From NCBI GenBank assembly GCA_035945555.1, contig DASZAG010000131.1, positions 6,898 to 70,897 of the forward strand: a stretch of 64,000 nucleotides of DNA, written 5' to 3'. The translations under genes were made by a program, and so were the position numbers. This DNA comes from Acidobacteriaceae bacterium. GTDB lineage: Bacteria > Acidobacteriota > Terriglobia > Terriglobales > Acidobacteriaceae. Below, piece by piece: positions 1 to 8,961 of the stretch (position 1 is its first letter; each line of letters starts with the position of its first letter). The notes beneath the pieces were generated by a model. It made no database searches. It was given only the letters and a program-made list of their open reading frames with translations, and was not told the DNA's origin.

Positions 1-942
1 AAGGACAGCGAATTCCTCGCCGCCGTAGCGGGCGACGGAGTCGATTGACCGCACATTATCGCGCAGCAGACCGCTGATTCGACGAATGACTTCATCACCC
101 GCCTGATGACCGTATTGATCGTTGATGGCTTTGAAATGATCGATGTCAATGAGCAGGAGAGCAAGGGGCCTGCGTCTGCGATTGGGGAGGCGAAGTTCGC
201 GCTTCAGGATTTCATCGAATGCAGTGCGGTTCAGCAGTCCCGTCAGGCCGTCGGTTGTCGCCATCATTTGCAGGTCCTGGCGCTTCTCGCAGAGCGCCAG
301 CCAAACAACGGCAAAGCAGCAGGCCATGCCCACCATGAAGTCAAAAACATGAAAAAAAGCCTGAACTGGTTGGGGATGTAGCCGGTCCGGCGATGGCGTC
401 CAGACTTTGTTTGCCGTGATTTGCGAGATCTGCAACAGCACAAAGGATGCGAAGACATAACCGGCCACCCGGGCCTCGTAACGGAGAATCTGGCCTTTAT
501 GCCGGAACAGAACGAAGGCGCTCATCGCGACTTGAACACCGACCAACGAAACCCGGACAAGCGCACGCCCTTCAATACTCGGCAATCGATAGGTGAAATA
601 GAGGCACAAGGCGAATTCGAGGACGACGAGCAGGATCCCGAACCTGATATGCCGTCGTGGCGAGCCGAGGACCGAGACGACGGCCTGATGGAGCAGCACA
701 AGGGCCAGCACCGCGCCTTCATTGGCGACAACGATGGTGAAGAAGTCCGGAAGGACACCAATGCCCACAAAAAGAAGCATGGTGATCAGAGCACTGGAAA
801 ATGCGCCGACCGCCCACCAAACGCCGCGGTCAGCGTGGCGGGTGCGAGCGAGAATGAGGCAGCCCAGGATAGCCACCAAGAGTGTGAACGCATAGCCAGC
901 GATAAGAATCCGGATGGGCACTACTTCCCTTTCCGCAGGCAT
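1..942 (-). CDS. Membrane-anchored diguanylate cyclase (GGDEF domain), partial; the C-terminus lies beyond the window start
   Basis: Not in the supplied ORF track because it runs off the edge. Manual minus-strand translation from the ATG at 942 gives MPAEREVVPIRILIAGYAF..., then several hydrophobic helices. These are followed by TDGLTGLLNRTAF, LALLLIDIDHFKAINDQYGHQAGDEVI and RYGGEEFAVL, the canonical GGDEF-domain motifs. Confidence 0.85.
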   Translation of the reverse strand, partial: MPAEREVVPIRILIAGYAFTLLVAILGCLILARTRHADRGVWWAVGAFSSALITMLLFVGIGVLPDFFTIVVANEGAVLALVLLHQAVVSVLGSPRRHIRFGILLVVLEFALCLYFTYRLPSIEGRALVRVSLVGVQVAMSAFVLFRHKGQILRYEARVAGYVFASFVLLQISQITANKVWTPSPDRLHPQPVQAFFHVFDFMVGMACCFAVVWLALCEKRQDLQMMATTDGLTGLLNRTAFDEILKRELRLPNRRRRPLALLLIDIDHFKAINDQYGHQAGDEVIRRISGLLRDNVRSIDSVARYGGEEFAVL

Positions 943-1106
943 GCTGCCTATGGGTTTAGATTTTGTACTTCATACAAAACATTAAAGTTAAGTTTGACAT
1001 TTGGAGGCTAGTTCTTGAAGCGGTCAAACCTCTCCACAACAGTACTTTCGGCACGTTGCAGGGAATACTGTAGTTCGATTGGATCTTCAAGGGTTACTGG
1101 AGTTGC

Positions 1107-1140
1107 AGCTCTCGGCCATTCGGAAGATTGGCCGAGAGCT
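1107..1140. repeat. Perfect 12-bp inverted repeat (AGCTCTCGGCCA-N10-TGGCCGAGAGCT) in a divergent promoter region
   Basis: Read directly. The arms are 1107-1118 and 1129-1140 with a 10-nt spacer. It sits between the minus-strand GGDEF gene start (942) and the plus-strand esterase start (1186). Confidence 0.6.
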
Positions 1141-1185
1141 TCGGGATAAAATGGTCAATTACTTTCGCAGCTAAAGGACGACTGC

Positions 1186-2898
1186 TTGCAAAAAATTCGG
1201 AATTTTCTTCCCGCTTTGCTTGTGTTTTCCCTGTTGCCCTTCTGTAGCGCCCAGCGAATTGAGATTAAGGTGACCAACACAATGCCTCTTCACGGGCATT
1301 TGGTGCTGCTGTTCGCAAAGAAGGACAACCCTGAACCGCGGTTCCAGTTCAATGAGGACTACTGGTCTGATCAGGGATTTGGCGTGGACATAGACCATTT
1401 GGAGTCGAACGGGACGATTGTGGTGGACGCGAAAACATTCGGCTATCCGCGGCGATCGCTGGCCGACCTGGACGCGGGCGACTATTACGTGCAGGGCGTT
1501 TTCAACATATATGTGCCGTTTCGCCTTAAGTCGGGCAAGACGGTGTGGCTACCACAGGATAAGGGCGAGGGTCAGCACTGGAATCGGAAGCCCGGCAACT
1601 TCTACGACGAGCCCGAAAAGATTCATTTTGATCCGAAGTCGGATGCGACGATTCATATCACGCTGGACCAGACGATTGCTCCGATTGCGGGAAAAGATAA
1701 TCCCGAGGTGATAGCGCAGCGGAGTCCCGCATCGAAGTGGCTGAAGTACATGCGCATTCGCAGCGAGAAGCTGAGCCGCTTTTGGGGAGCCAATGTCTAC
1801 CTGGGCGCGTGGGTTTTGCTCCCTGATGGGTTTGACGAGCATCCGGACGCCCACTACCCTCTGGTGGTTTACCAGGACCACTTTCACCCGGAGTTGGGGC
1901 CGTACCCATTTGTCACGTCGCAGCCGGACAAGAAGGACCCGCACTACCGGAGTGAGGCGGCGGGCTACCGATTCTTTCAGGCGTGGACATCGGGGCGATT
2001 GCCGCGCGTGATCATGATCTACGTGCACAGCGCGAACCCATACTATGACGACTCGTACGATGTGGACTCGGCCAACGTAGGGCCATATGGGTCGGCCATC
2101 AACGACGAGCTGATCCCGTTGATTGAGAAGAGATATCGCGGGATTGGGCAAGGGTGGGCGCGTGCCACGTTCGGCGGGTCGACGGGAGGATGGGAAGCGG
2201 CGGCGACGCAGGTGTTCTATCCCGACATGTACAACGGGGCCTGGGTGGCGTGTCCGGATCCCATAGATTTCCACGCTTACCAGAACATAGATCTTTACGA
2301 AGACGTGAACGCGTTCCACCGCAGTAAGGACTTCGCTACGGTTCCAATTGCGGCTGACAGGAGGCCGGATGGGTCAATCATCGCCAACACAGGTCCGGAG
2401 CATGCCTTCGAGTACGTGCTCGGAACGCATGGACGCTCGACTGAACAGTGGGACATTTGGCAGGCGGTGTTTTCACCGCAGGGGCCGGACGGGTATCCGG
2501 CCGAGGTGATTGACCCGTTAACGGGAGCGATTAATAAGTCAGTGGTCGCGTACTGGAACCAGCACTATGATCTCGCCGCGATTCTGAAACGCGACTGGCC
2601 GACCCTGGGACCGAAGCTTGAGGGCAAACTACACTTCACAGTCGGCGACGGCGATACCTACTTTCTGAACAATGCCGTGCATCTGTTGCAGAAGCAGCTG
2701 GAGGCGACCCAGCATCCGCACTCGGACGCGACCTTTCAATACGGGCCGGGCATGCCACACTGCTACACAGGAGGCCCGCAGGAATACACGATGGATGAGA
2801 ACTTCGCATACTGGCCGGAGCGGGTAATTCCGGAGATGGTGAAACACATGCTGGCGACGGCCCCTCCCGGCGCGGATGTGAAGTCGTGGAAGTACTGA
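1186..2898 (+). CDS. Secreted alpha/beta-hydrolase, putative esterase family
   Basis: TTG start preceded by AAGGA. The Sec signal is MQKIRNFLPALLVFSLLPFCSAQ. A nucleophile-elbow-like GGSTGGWEAA motif lies within a region resembling the enterochelin-esterase-like 'putative esterase' fold. Confidence 0.55.
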   Translation: MQKIRNFLPALLVFSLLPFCSAQRIEIKVTNTMPLHGHLVLLFAKKDNPEPRFQFNEDYWSDQGFGVDIDHLESNGTIVVDAKTFGYPRRSLADLDAGDYYVQGVFNIYVPFRLKSGKTVWLPQDKGEGQHWNRKPGNFYDEPEKIHFDPKSDATIHITLDQTIAPIAGKDNPEVIAQRSPASKWLKYMRIRSEKLSRFWGANVYLGAWVLLPDGFDEHPDAHYPLVVYQDHFHPELGPYPFVTSQPDKKDPHYRSEAAGYRFFQAWTSGRLPRVIMIYVHSANPYYDDSYDVDSANVGPYGSAINDELIPLIEKRYRGIGQGWARATFGGSTGGWEAAATQVFYPDMYNGAWVACPDPIDFHAYQNIDLYEDVNAFHRSKDFATVPIAADRRPDGSIIANTGPEHAFEYVLGTHGRSTEQWDIWQAVFSPQGPDGYPAEVIDPLTGAINKSVVAYWNQHYDLAAILKRDWPTLGPKLEGKLHFTVGDGDTYFLNNAVHLLQKQLEATQHPHSDATFQYGPGMPHCYTGGPQEYTMDENFAYWPERVIPEMVKHMLATAPPGADVKSWKY

Positions 2899-2911
2899 GG
2901 GCTTGGCCGCG

Positions 2912-4462
2912 ATGAAGCTGTTTAGTCGCCGACAGATCTTCCGATATGGATTTTGTGCGGGCGCGTTTGCAATGGCGCATCCTTGGATGCGGGCTGATGG
3001 GGCGCTAGGGTCGAAGCTGGCAGATGATCCTCGGCGACCGCAATACCATCTGCTTCCCCCTGCCCACTGGATGAACGATCCAAACGGCCCTGTCTATTGG
3101 AACGGAAACTACCACATGTTTTACCAGTACAACCCCGACTCGGCGGTCTGGGGAGACATGCATTGGGGACACGCCGTCAGTCCGGACATGGTGCATTGGA
3201 AACATCTGCCGGTGGCGCTTTCGCCCACGCCTGGCGGAGCCGATGCGGATGGGTGTTTTTCCGGCACTGCTGTCGTGAAGGACGGCCGTGTGGTGGTTCT
3301 CTACACGGGAGTCAGATCGGCTCCGGAGGATCGGGCCACAATCCGCGACGGCGCACACAGTCTGCGCGAATCCCAATGCCTTGCATATTCGGATGATCCG
3401 GCGTTGCTGTCGTGGACGAAACTGCCGAATCCGGTGATTACGTCGCCTCCTCAGGGGCTACCGGTAAATGGCTTTCGGGACCCGTCGCCATGGCGAAGCG
3501 GCAATCATTGGTTGATGGCAGTAGGATCGGGGTTTCCGCATAAGGGAGGCGCCGTACTCCTGTATCGTTCAACAGACCTGAGGCAATGGGAATACCTGCA
3601 TCCACTGATCAGCTCAGATTCAGACGGAACAGCGGCGGGAAACCCACTAGATTCGGGGGATATGTGGGAGTGCCCTGACTTCTTCCCTCTCGGCGAGAAG
3701 CATGCGCTGATCTATTCCACCCAAGGCAAATCACATTGGATGACGGGCTCATTTGACCAGAAGGCGCTGAAGTTTCATCCGGAACAGTCGGGGGTTCTCG
3801 ATACAGGGTCCTATTATGCTGCGAAGACCCAAACCGATACGGCTGGAAGCCGCATTTTGTGGGGATGGATTCAGGAGACGAGGCCGGTGGAGGAATACCG
3901 CGCGGCTGGCTGGGCATGCCTGATGTCCCTGCCCCGCGTTCTCACTCTCGGGGGCGATGGGAGACTCAGAATGAAGATCTCTCCAGAAGCCGATAAGCTG
4001 CGGCGCGCCGAGCGAACACTCCTACTCACCGGTAACGAAGGGCAGCGACGGCAGCAAGTTCAGAGCATGAAGATCGAAGCTGCTTGCGGGGAGATTGCAT
4101 GCCGGGTGCGCCCGAGCAATAAGGCGTTTGGCTTTGCGTTGAAAGCTGAGAGCGGGGCAGGCGTCGGGGAGCAAGTGTGCCTGGATGTGCGCATTGATCC
4201 GGCTAGCCCGGGCTGCATCCTCGTCGATAACGAGAAGCTTCTGGTGAATAACGCGGCCGCTCTGCTTGACATGAGCCTGCACATCGACGGTTCGGTGATT
4301 GAGCTTCTGGTGAGCCGCCGAGTAGCCTATACCAAGCGCTTCTATTTGCGGGGAAATCATCCACGGAAGCTTCGACTGGAGTGGACCGGCAGCACTTCGG
4401 CGATTGAGAAGCTTTCGGTCTGGCAGATCGCACCGATTTCGCGGGATCGGTTGACGACTTAG
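2912..4462 (+). CDS. Glycoside hydrolase family 32 (beta-fructofuranosidase / levanase-like), exported
   Basis: GH32 signature blocks are present: HWMNDPNGPVYWNGNYHMFYQYNP, WGHAVSPDMVHWKHLP, FSGTAV, FRDPSPW and MWECPDFF. The N-terminus MKLFSRRQIFRYGFCAGAFAMA looks Tat/Sec-like. The ATG at 2912 is preferred over the TTG at 2903. Confidence 0.85.
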   Translation: MKLFSRRQIFRYGFCAGAFAMAHPWMRADGALGSKLADDPRRPQYHLLPPAHWMNDPNGPVYWNGNYHMFYQYNPDSAVWGDMHWGHAVSPDMVHWKHLPVALSPTPGGADADGCFSGTAVVKDGRVVVLYTGVRSAPEDRATIRDGAHSLRESQCLAYSDDPALLSWTKLPNPVITSPPQGLPVNGFRDPSPWRSGNHWLMAVGSGFPHKGGAVLLYRSTDLRQWEYLHPLISSDSDGTAAGNPLDSGDMWECPDFFPLGEKHALIYSTQGKSHWMTGSFDQKALKFHPEQSGVLDTGSYYAAKTQTDTAGSRILWGWIQETRPVEEYRAAGWACLMSLPRVLTLGGDGRLRMKISPEADKLRRAERTLLLTGNEGQRRQQVQSMKIEAACGEIACRVRPSNKAFGFALKAESGAGVGEQVCLDVRIDPASPGCILVDNEKLLVNNAAALLDMSLHIDGSVIELLVSRRVAYTKRFYLRGNHPRKLRLEWTGSTSAIEKLSVWQIAPISRDRLTT

Positions 4463-4492
4463 GAGCGTAGAAACGACTTTTAAGCAGTGTCA

Positions 4493-4529
4493 CAAAAAGA
4501 AGGCCCGGAAAGGCATCTCCGGGCCTTTG
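4493..4529 (-). terminator. Rho-independent terminator between convergent genes
   Basis: Hairpin AGGCCCGGA-AAGGCATC-TCCGGGCCT (4501-4526). On the minus strand it is followed by TTCTTTTTG, immediately downstream of the 4546 stop. Confidence 0.6.
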
Positions 4530-4545
4530 CGTGGAGTTGGAAGCA

Positions 4546-4965
4546 CTACTCGCCAATAGCGACATAGACCAGGCTGCTGGTTCCTTGATTCTCCGCTTCT
4601 TCCATCAATGAGCCCTTCTTCCAGTGCTTCACAACCAGGCTCCGGTTCATTGCTGCGGTTTCGCAAATAACATCGCGAAGCGAATACTCGCCGGCGTGTT
4701 TCTCGAATACCAGCACATTTCCCTTTTTTGACCCATCAGCGGTATTGGGAGCCATAGCCAGAACCGACAAGTGACGGTCGAGGTTTCGAATCTCAATTCC
4801 GCCTTCCGAAACAGCGGTTATGGAGTATGCGCCCGGAGGAAGAATCTTGTTTCCCACGGTAAAGCTGAAGGGCACGTTTGCCCGAACTTGCTTATGCTGC
4901 GCCACGGCGTTTCCGGCGACGAGAAATCCAAGAGTGAAGATTGCGATTGCAGTGAACTTTTTCAT
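4546..4965 (-). CDS. Small secreted hypothetical protein
   Basis: Sec signal MKKFTAIAIFTLGFLVAGNAVAQ. The mature part is about 115 aa and looks beta-rich (VPFSFTVGNKILPPGAYSI). A GGAG RBS lies upstream. It is divergent from the regulator at 5206. Confidence 0.6.
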   Translation of the reverse strand: MKKFTAIAIFTLGFLVAGNAVAQHKQVRANVPFSFTVGNKILPPGAYSITAVSEGGIEIRNLDRHLSVLAMAPNTADGSKKGNVLVFEKHAGEYSLRDVICETAAMNRSLVVKHWKKGSLMEEAENQGTSSLVYVAIGE

Positions 4966-5205
4966 AACCGTCTCCTTTAAGTGCCGTGAGGTTTTGTCTT
5001 CTCACCGGCAACGTTGGGGCGACAGTACCCTCTTGCCGAATCCATCTCAATGCACGCAGCGTCGTTTCGGAGTCGAATCGAACTCAAGCTGAGGTCAAAA
5101 TTATGTCAATCGCTAAACTTCTGTTGAAATTTGACTTAGGCTCATCTTTCGGATTTGGAATAGAATCGTTTCGTTGCCGCGCGATGCCTGCTTCGCGGCT
5201 CTGAG

Positions 5206-7416
5206 GTGATGGTCATGGCAGACCTGGCCCATTCTTCCCCCCAGCGAGTGCGGTTTGGAGCTTTCGAAGTCGATCTTCGGGCGGGAGAGTTGTGGAAGTC
5301 TGGGCGAAAGCGGAAGCTGACGGGCCAGCCATTCGCGGTATTGGCAATCCTGCTGGAGCGGCCGGGCGAGGTAGTCGGCCGGGAGGAATTGCAAAAGCGC
5401 CTCTGGCCGGACACATTTGTTGATGTCGACCATAACCTAAACGCAGCTATCAACAAGATTCGGGAGGCGCTGGGCGACTCGCCGGAGCGACCACGCTTTA
5501 TCGAGACGCTTTCCCGGCGTGGGTATCGGTTTATAGCTCCAGTGGAAAATGTGGCGCCCACGCCGCTATCGCTTCCGGAATTCCAGCCAAGCCTTTCGAC
5601 TGAACCCGCAAGTGCTTCGGACGACTGGAACACCCCTGCCCCCGTTCCTGCATCAACGCAAATGCGCAAAAATTGGAGAATTTGGTTGTGGGCGGCAATT
5701 GCTGCTCTGGTTTTGGTCCTCGGCTATTTTTTGCGGCCTGCGCTTCCGCCGCCCGTGGTTACGGGCGCTACTCAGTTGACTCACGACAGTGAAGCAAAAC
5801 TCAAGGGCGGACCTGGTTCTTCCCCGCCTCAACTGGCCACGGATGGCTCCAGGATTTATTTCACGGAGGCACTCGGCGAGAAATTGATGCAGGTTTCGAC
5901 CGAAGGCGGCGACGTGATCCCAATTGAAGTACCAGTTCCCTTCCATGGTCTCGCCGACATCTCGTCGGTTCGTCCGGAGATTCTGTTCAACGGACCGCCC
6001 TATCCGGACCCCGGATTGGATTCGGGAATCTGGGAACTGCCGCTTCCCGGAGGCCAGCCTCGCCAGGTGGGCGACTTGAGAGTCTATGATGCAACGTTTA
6101 CGCCGGATGGGAACACCATTATCTATGATGACCAGCGTGCCATTTTTAAGGCGAATCGCGATGGAAGCCAGCCTCGTAAGATTCTCAGCATCGCAGATGG
6201 GTATCCGTTCTGGTCGAGGGTTTCTCCGGACGGAGCCCTCCTGCGCTTCAGCGTATTTAACCCGAAACTCCATACAACATCATTGTGGGAGGCGAATACA
6301 GACGGCAGTCATCTGCGGCAATTGTTTGCCGGCCTGGTAGACCCGACCAATGAGTGTTGCGGAACCTGGACGACCGACGGAAAGTATTTTGTATTTCAGA
6401 CGCTCCACAAGGGAATAACGAGCCTGTGGGCCACGCGTGAAAAAGGCGAATGGTGGCAAAAGGTGAATCGCACCCCGGTAAATTTGACAGCGGGGCAAAT
6501 GGATGCGGAGTCTCCCTTGCCCAGCAGGGACGCCACAAAGATTTTCTTTGTAGGCTCGGAGCGTAAAGATGAAATCATTCGTTACGAACCAAGCACCCAT
6601 TCCTTCATGCCATATCTTACTGGGCTTTCCGCAGAGAGCCTGGCCTTTACTGCCGACGGGAAAAAGATTGCATACGTGTCCTATCCCGAAGGCGACTTGT
6701 GGAAGATCAACACGGACGGAACCGAGCGCCGCCAGTTGACGTTTCCCCCCATGGAAGTGAGCCTGCCCCGCTGGTCGCCGGATGGTAGCAGGATTGCCTA
6801 TACTGCCCATGAAGCCGGCAAGCCCTTGCAGATCTTCATCGCTGCAGCCCAGGGCACTGAGCAACTCACATCGGGCGATTCCGATCATGAGGATGCCTCA
6901 TGGTCTCCCGATGGAAATTCTATGGCCTTTGGCGGGTCTACCTATGACGCTGCGATCACAGCGGCCAATAACATTCACATTCTTGACTTGAAGACTCGCA
7001 AAGTGAGAGACGTCCCCGGGTCAGCGGGAGTGTTCTCGCCTCGCTGGTCGCCCGATGGCCGCTATCTGCTGGCCACCACCAGCGATTTTCAGAAGCTCAT
7101 GATTTACGACTTCACGACTGAAAAATGGCAGGTACTGGCTGACGTGGAAGCGGATTATCCGAGCGCGCGCGCCGACTGGAGCCGTGATGGAAAATGCGTC
7201 TATTTCAACAATGCACAGGCGAAGACTCTGTCCGTATACCGGATCTGTCTCGACAACCGTAAGCCTGAACGCATTGTCGATTTATCGCAGGCGGGAACCC
7301 TGGCGTATGGGCGCTTCGGCTGGTGGACCGGCTTGGGACCGGACGATTCCATCCTCGCGGCACGCGATATCGGGAGCCAGGAGATCTACGCCCTGGATGT
7401 GAAGTTTCCGCGATGA
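5206..7416 (+). CDS. ToxR/CadC-like membrane-bound transcriptional regulator: OmpR-type winged helix + TM + TolB-like (PD40/WD40-like) beta-propeller
   Basis: The N-terminus FGAFEVDLRAGELWKSGRKRKLTGQPFAVLAILLERPGEVVGREELQKRLWPDTFVDVDHNLNAAINKIREALGD...ETLSRRGYRFIAP is a Trans_reg_C-type wHTH. The TM helix is WRIWLWAAIAALVLVLGYFL. It is followed by repeated S(P/R)DG..(I/L)(A/Y/L)(F/Y) units typical of TolB PD40 repeats. The start could be 5206, 5209 or 5215. Confidence 0.8.
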   Translation: MMVMADLAHSSPQRVRFGAFEVDLRAGELWKSGRKRKLTGQPFAVLAILLERPGEVVGREELQKRLWPDTFVDVDHNLNAAINKIREALGDSPERPRFIETLSRRGYRFIAPVENVAPTPLSLPEFQPSLSTEPASASDDWNTPAPVPASTQMRKNWRIWLWAAIAALVLVLGYFLRPALPPPVVTGATQLTHDSEAKLKGGPGSSPPQLATDGSRIYFTEALGEKLMQVSTEGGDVIPIEVPVPFHGLADISSVRPEILFNGPPYPDPGLDSGIWELPLPGGQPRQVGDLRVYDATFTPDGNTIIYDDQRAIFKANRDGSQPRKILSIADGYPFWSRVSPDGALLRFSVFNPKLHTTSLWEANTDGSHLRQLFAGLVDPTNECCGTWTTDGKYFVFQTLHKGITSLWATREKGEWWQKVNRTPVNLTAGQMDAESPLPSRDATKIFFVGSERKDEIIRYEPSTHSFMPYLTGLSAESLAFTADGKKIAYVSYPEGDLWKINTDGTERRQLTFPPMEVSLPRWSPDGSRIAYTAHEAGKPLQIFIAAAQGTEQLTSGDSDHEDASWSPDGNSMAFGGSTYDAAITAANNIHILDLKTRKVRDVPGSAGVFSPRWSPDGRYLLATTSDFQKLMIYDFTTEKWQVLADVEADYPSARADWSRDGKCVYFNNAQAKTLSVYRICLDNRKPERIVDLSQAGTLAYGRFGWWTGLGPDDSILAARDIGSQEIYALDVKFPR

Positions 7417-7580
7417 AAAAACTGGAGCGAGTGTTGTAAGTAGCACGCATTATTCGCTGCCAGCCACCGCGAGATTCCATTTCGCAGGGCCAAAGTGTAA
7501 ACTCCGGTTCCCTCTCTGATACATCGCCATATTCAGCGACTCCATCCAAACTTTTGTAGACACAAGGGAGGAGATTAGAT

Positions 7581-8198
7581 ATGGCGTCGCCAAATGATCC
7601 GAATAAGCCGCTTGGAGACCGCAGCAAGGTTGAACGAGAAGTGGGCGGCGGTATGCGATGGGGTTGGATATGGGTTCTTATCGTCATCATCATTACCCTG
7701 GTCATCTGGTTTGGTGGATTCGGATGGGGAACGTCCGGCGGATGGTGGGCAACACGGTCAGCTCCGCGACTGGCGCCGGCACCGAACGCTAATCTGCAGC
7801 AGAGCCCCGCGCCTGTCACTCCTGGACAACAGACAAACGGTGCGGCACTGAATGGAGATGGCGTACAGATACTGACCTCACCTCACAAGTCTGCGCTGGT
7901 GGGGCAGCCGTTTGATATTCGGAATGTTCCGGTAGTTGAGAAAGACGGAAATCACGCACTTTGGATCGGCGCGAACAGTGTGGAGCCGATGTTGGTAGTG
8001 CTGGCGGGCGCTGATGCTGCGAATGCCGACGCGGCAGTTGCACAAGGATCGCGCGTGGATGTGACTGGTACGGTGGAACGCGCACCCTCGGCTGAGAATG
8101 CGCGCCGGCAATGGCAACTCAACGCAGAGGGCGCAAAGCGCCTGGAACAAGAAGGCGCATATGTGCAGGCAACCATTGCTCGCCCGTCCCAGCCGTAG
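7581..8198 (+). CDS. Trp/Gly-rich single-pass membrane protein, paralog 1 of 3 (unknown function)
   Basis: RBS GGGAGGAG upstream. It has a charged N-terminus with EREVGGG and the TM WIWVLIVIIITLVIW. A GGFGWGTSGGWW motif and a P/A/N-rich linker follow. The conserved C-terminal domain reads ...VGQPFDIRNVPV..LWIG..PMLVVL..G.RVDVTGTVERAP...GAYVQAT. Confidence 0.7.
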   Translation: MASPNDPNKPLGDRSKVEREVGGGMRWGWIWVLIVIIITLVIWFGGFGWGTSGGWWATRSAPRLAPAPNANLQQSPAPVTPGQQTNGAALNGDGVQILTSPHKSALVGQPFDIRNVPVVEKDGNHALWIGANSVEPMLVVLAGADAANADAAVAQGSRVDVTGTVERAPSAENARRQWQLNAEGAKRLEQEGAYVQATIARPSQP

Positions 8199-8310
8199 CG
8201 CTTACTAACCCGCGCAAAATCAAAGCTAAGTTCGGTGGCGCGGACATCATGCTTTCGAACATATTCATCCTAGTTATCAGATAGTAACGGGGATGGGAGG
8301 AACAACCTTT

Positions 8311-8928
8311 ATGGCTTCGCCAAATGATCCGCTTCGAGACAACCGGAGATCGGAACGCGACATTGGCGGCGGAGCCGGATGGATATGGATTTGGGTGTGG
8401 ATCATCATCATTATCATCCTGGTGGTCTGGTTCGGCGGATGGGGCTGGGGTGGCTACGGCGGATGGTGGTGGGGCAATCGGAACGTGAGAGTGGTGCAGC
8501 CGCTAAATGGGAATGGCAACAACGCAGGTGCCATCAATAACGGAACGGGTACCGCGCCTTTGGCGACGGGAAACGGCGTGGCTGTTTTGAACGCGACGGA
8601 CAAGCAGCCTTTCGTGGGCAAGCCATTTAGCGTAGCCAATGTTCCGGTGCAGAACAAGGTGAATGACCATGTGTTGTGGATCGGCACGAATAACTCGACT
8701 CCGATGCTGGTAGTACTGACGGGCGCAGGCAACAACACGGCAAACGCGAATGTTTCTGAAGGCGACCGAGTGGACATTACCGGAACGGTAGAGAAGGCTC
8801 CGCCAAAAGGCGAGGCGCAGCACACTTTGCAATTGAGCGACGATGATGCGAATCGGCTGGAACAGGACGGTGCATACATTCAGGCGACGCAGGTTACGAA
8901 GACCGCGATGCAGGGCGAACAACAATAA
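8311..8928 (+). CDS. Trp/Gly-rich single-pass membrane protein, paralog 2 of 3
   Basis: The start was moved to the ATG at 8311, so the N-terminus MASPNDP matches paralog 1. The motifs are ERDIGGG, TM WIWIWVWIIIIIILVVW and GGWGWGGYGGWWWGNRN. An N/G-rich linker and the same C-terminal domain follow (VGKPFSVANVPVQNK..LWIG..PMLVVL..GDRVDITGTVEKAP..GAYIQAT). Confidence 0.7.
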   Translation: MASPNDPLRDNRRSERDIGGGAGWIWIWVWIIIIIILVVWFGGWGWGGYGGWWWGNRNVRVVQPLNGNGNNAGAINNGTGTAPLATGNGVAVLNATDKQPFVGKPFSVANVPVQNKVNDHVLWIGTNNSTPMLVVLTGAGNNTANANVSEGDRVDITGTVEKAPPKGEAQHTLQLSDDDANRLEQDGAYIQATQVTKTAMQGEQQ

Positions 8929-8961
8929 AGCAAATCTCATTTTGAATGACGAGGAGCGCGT

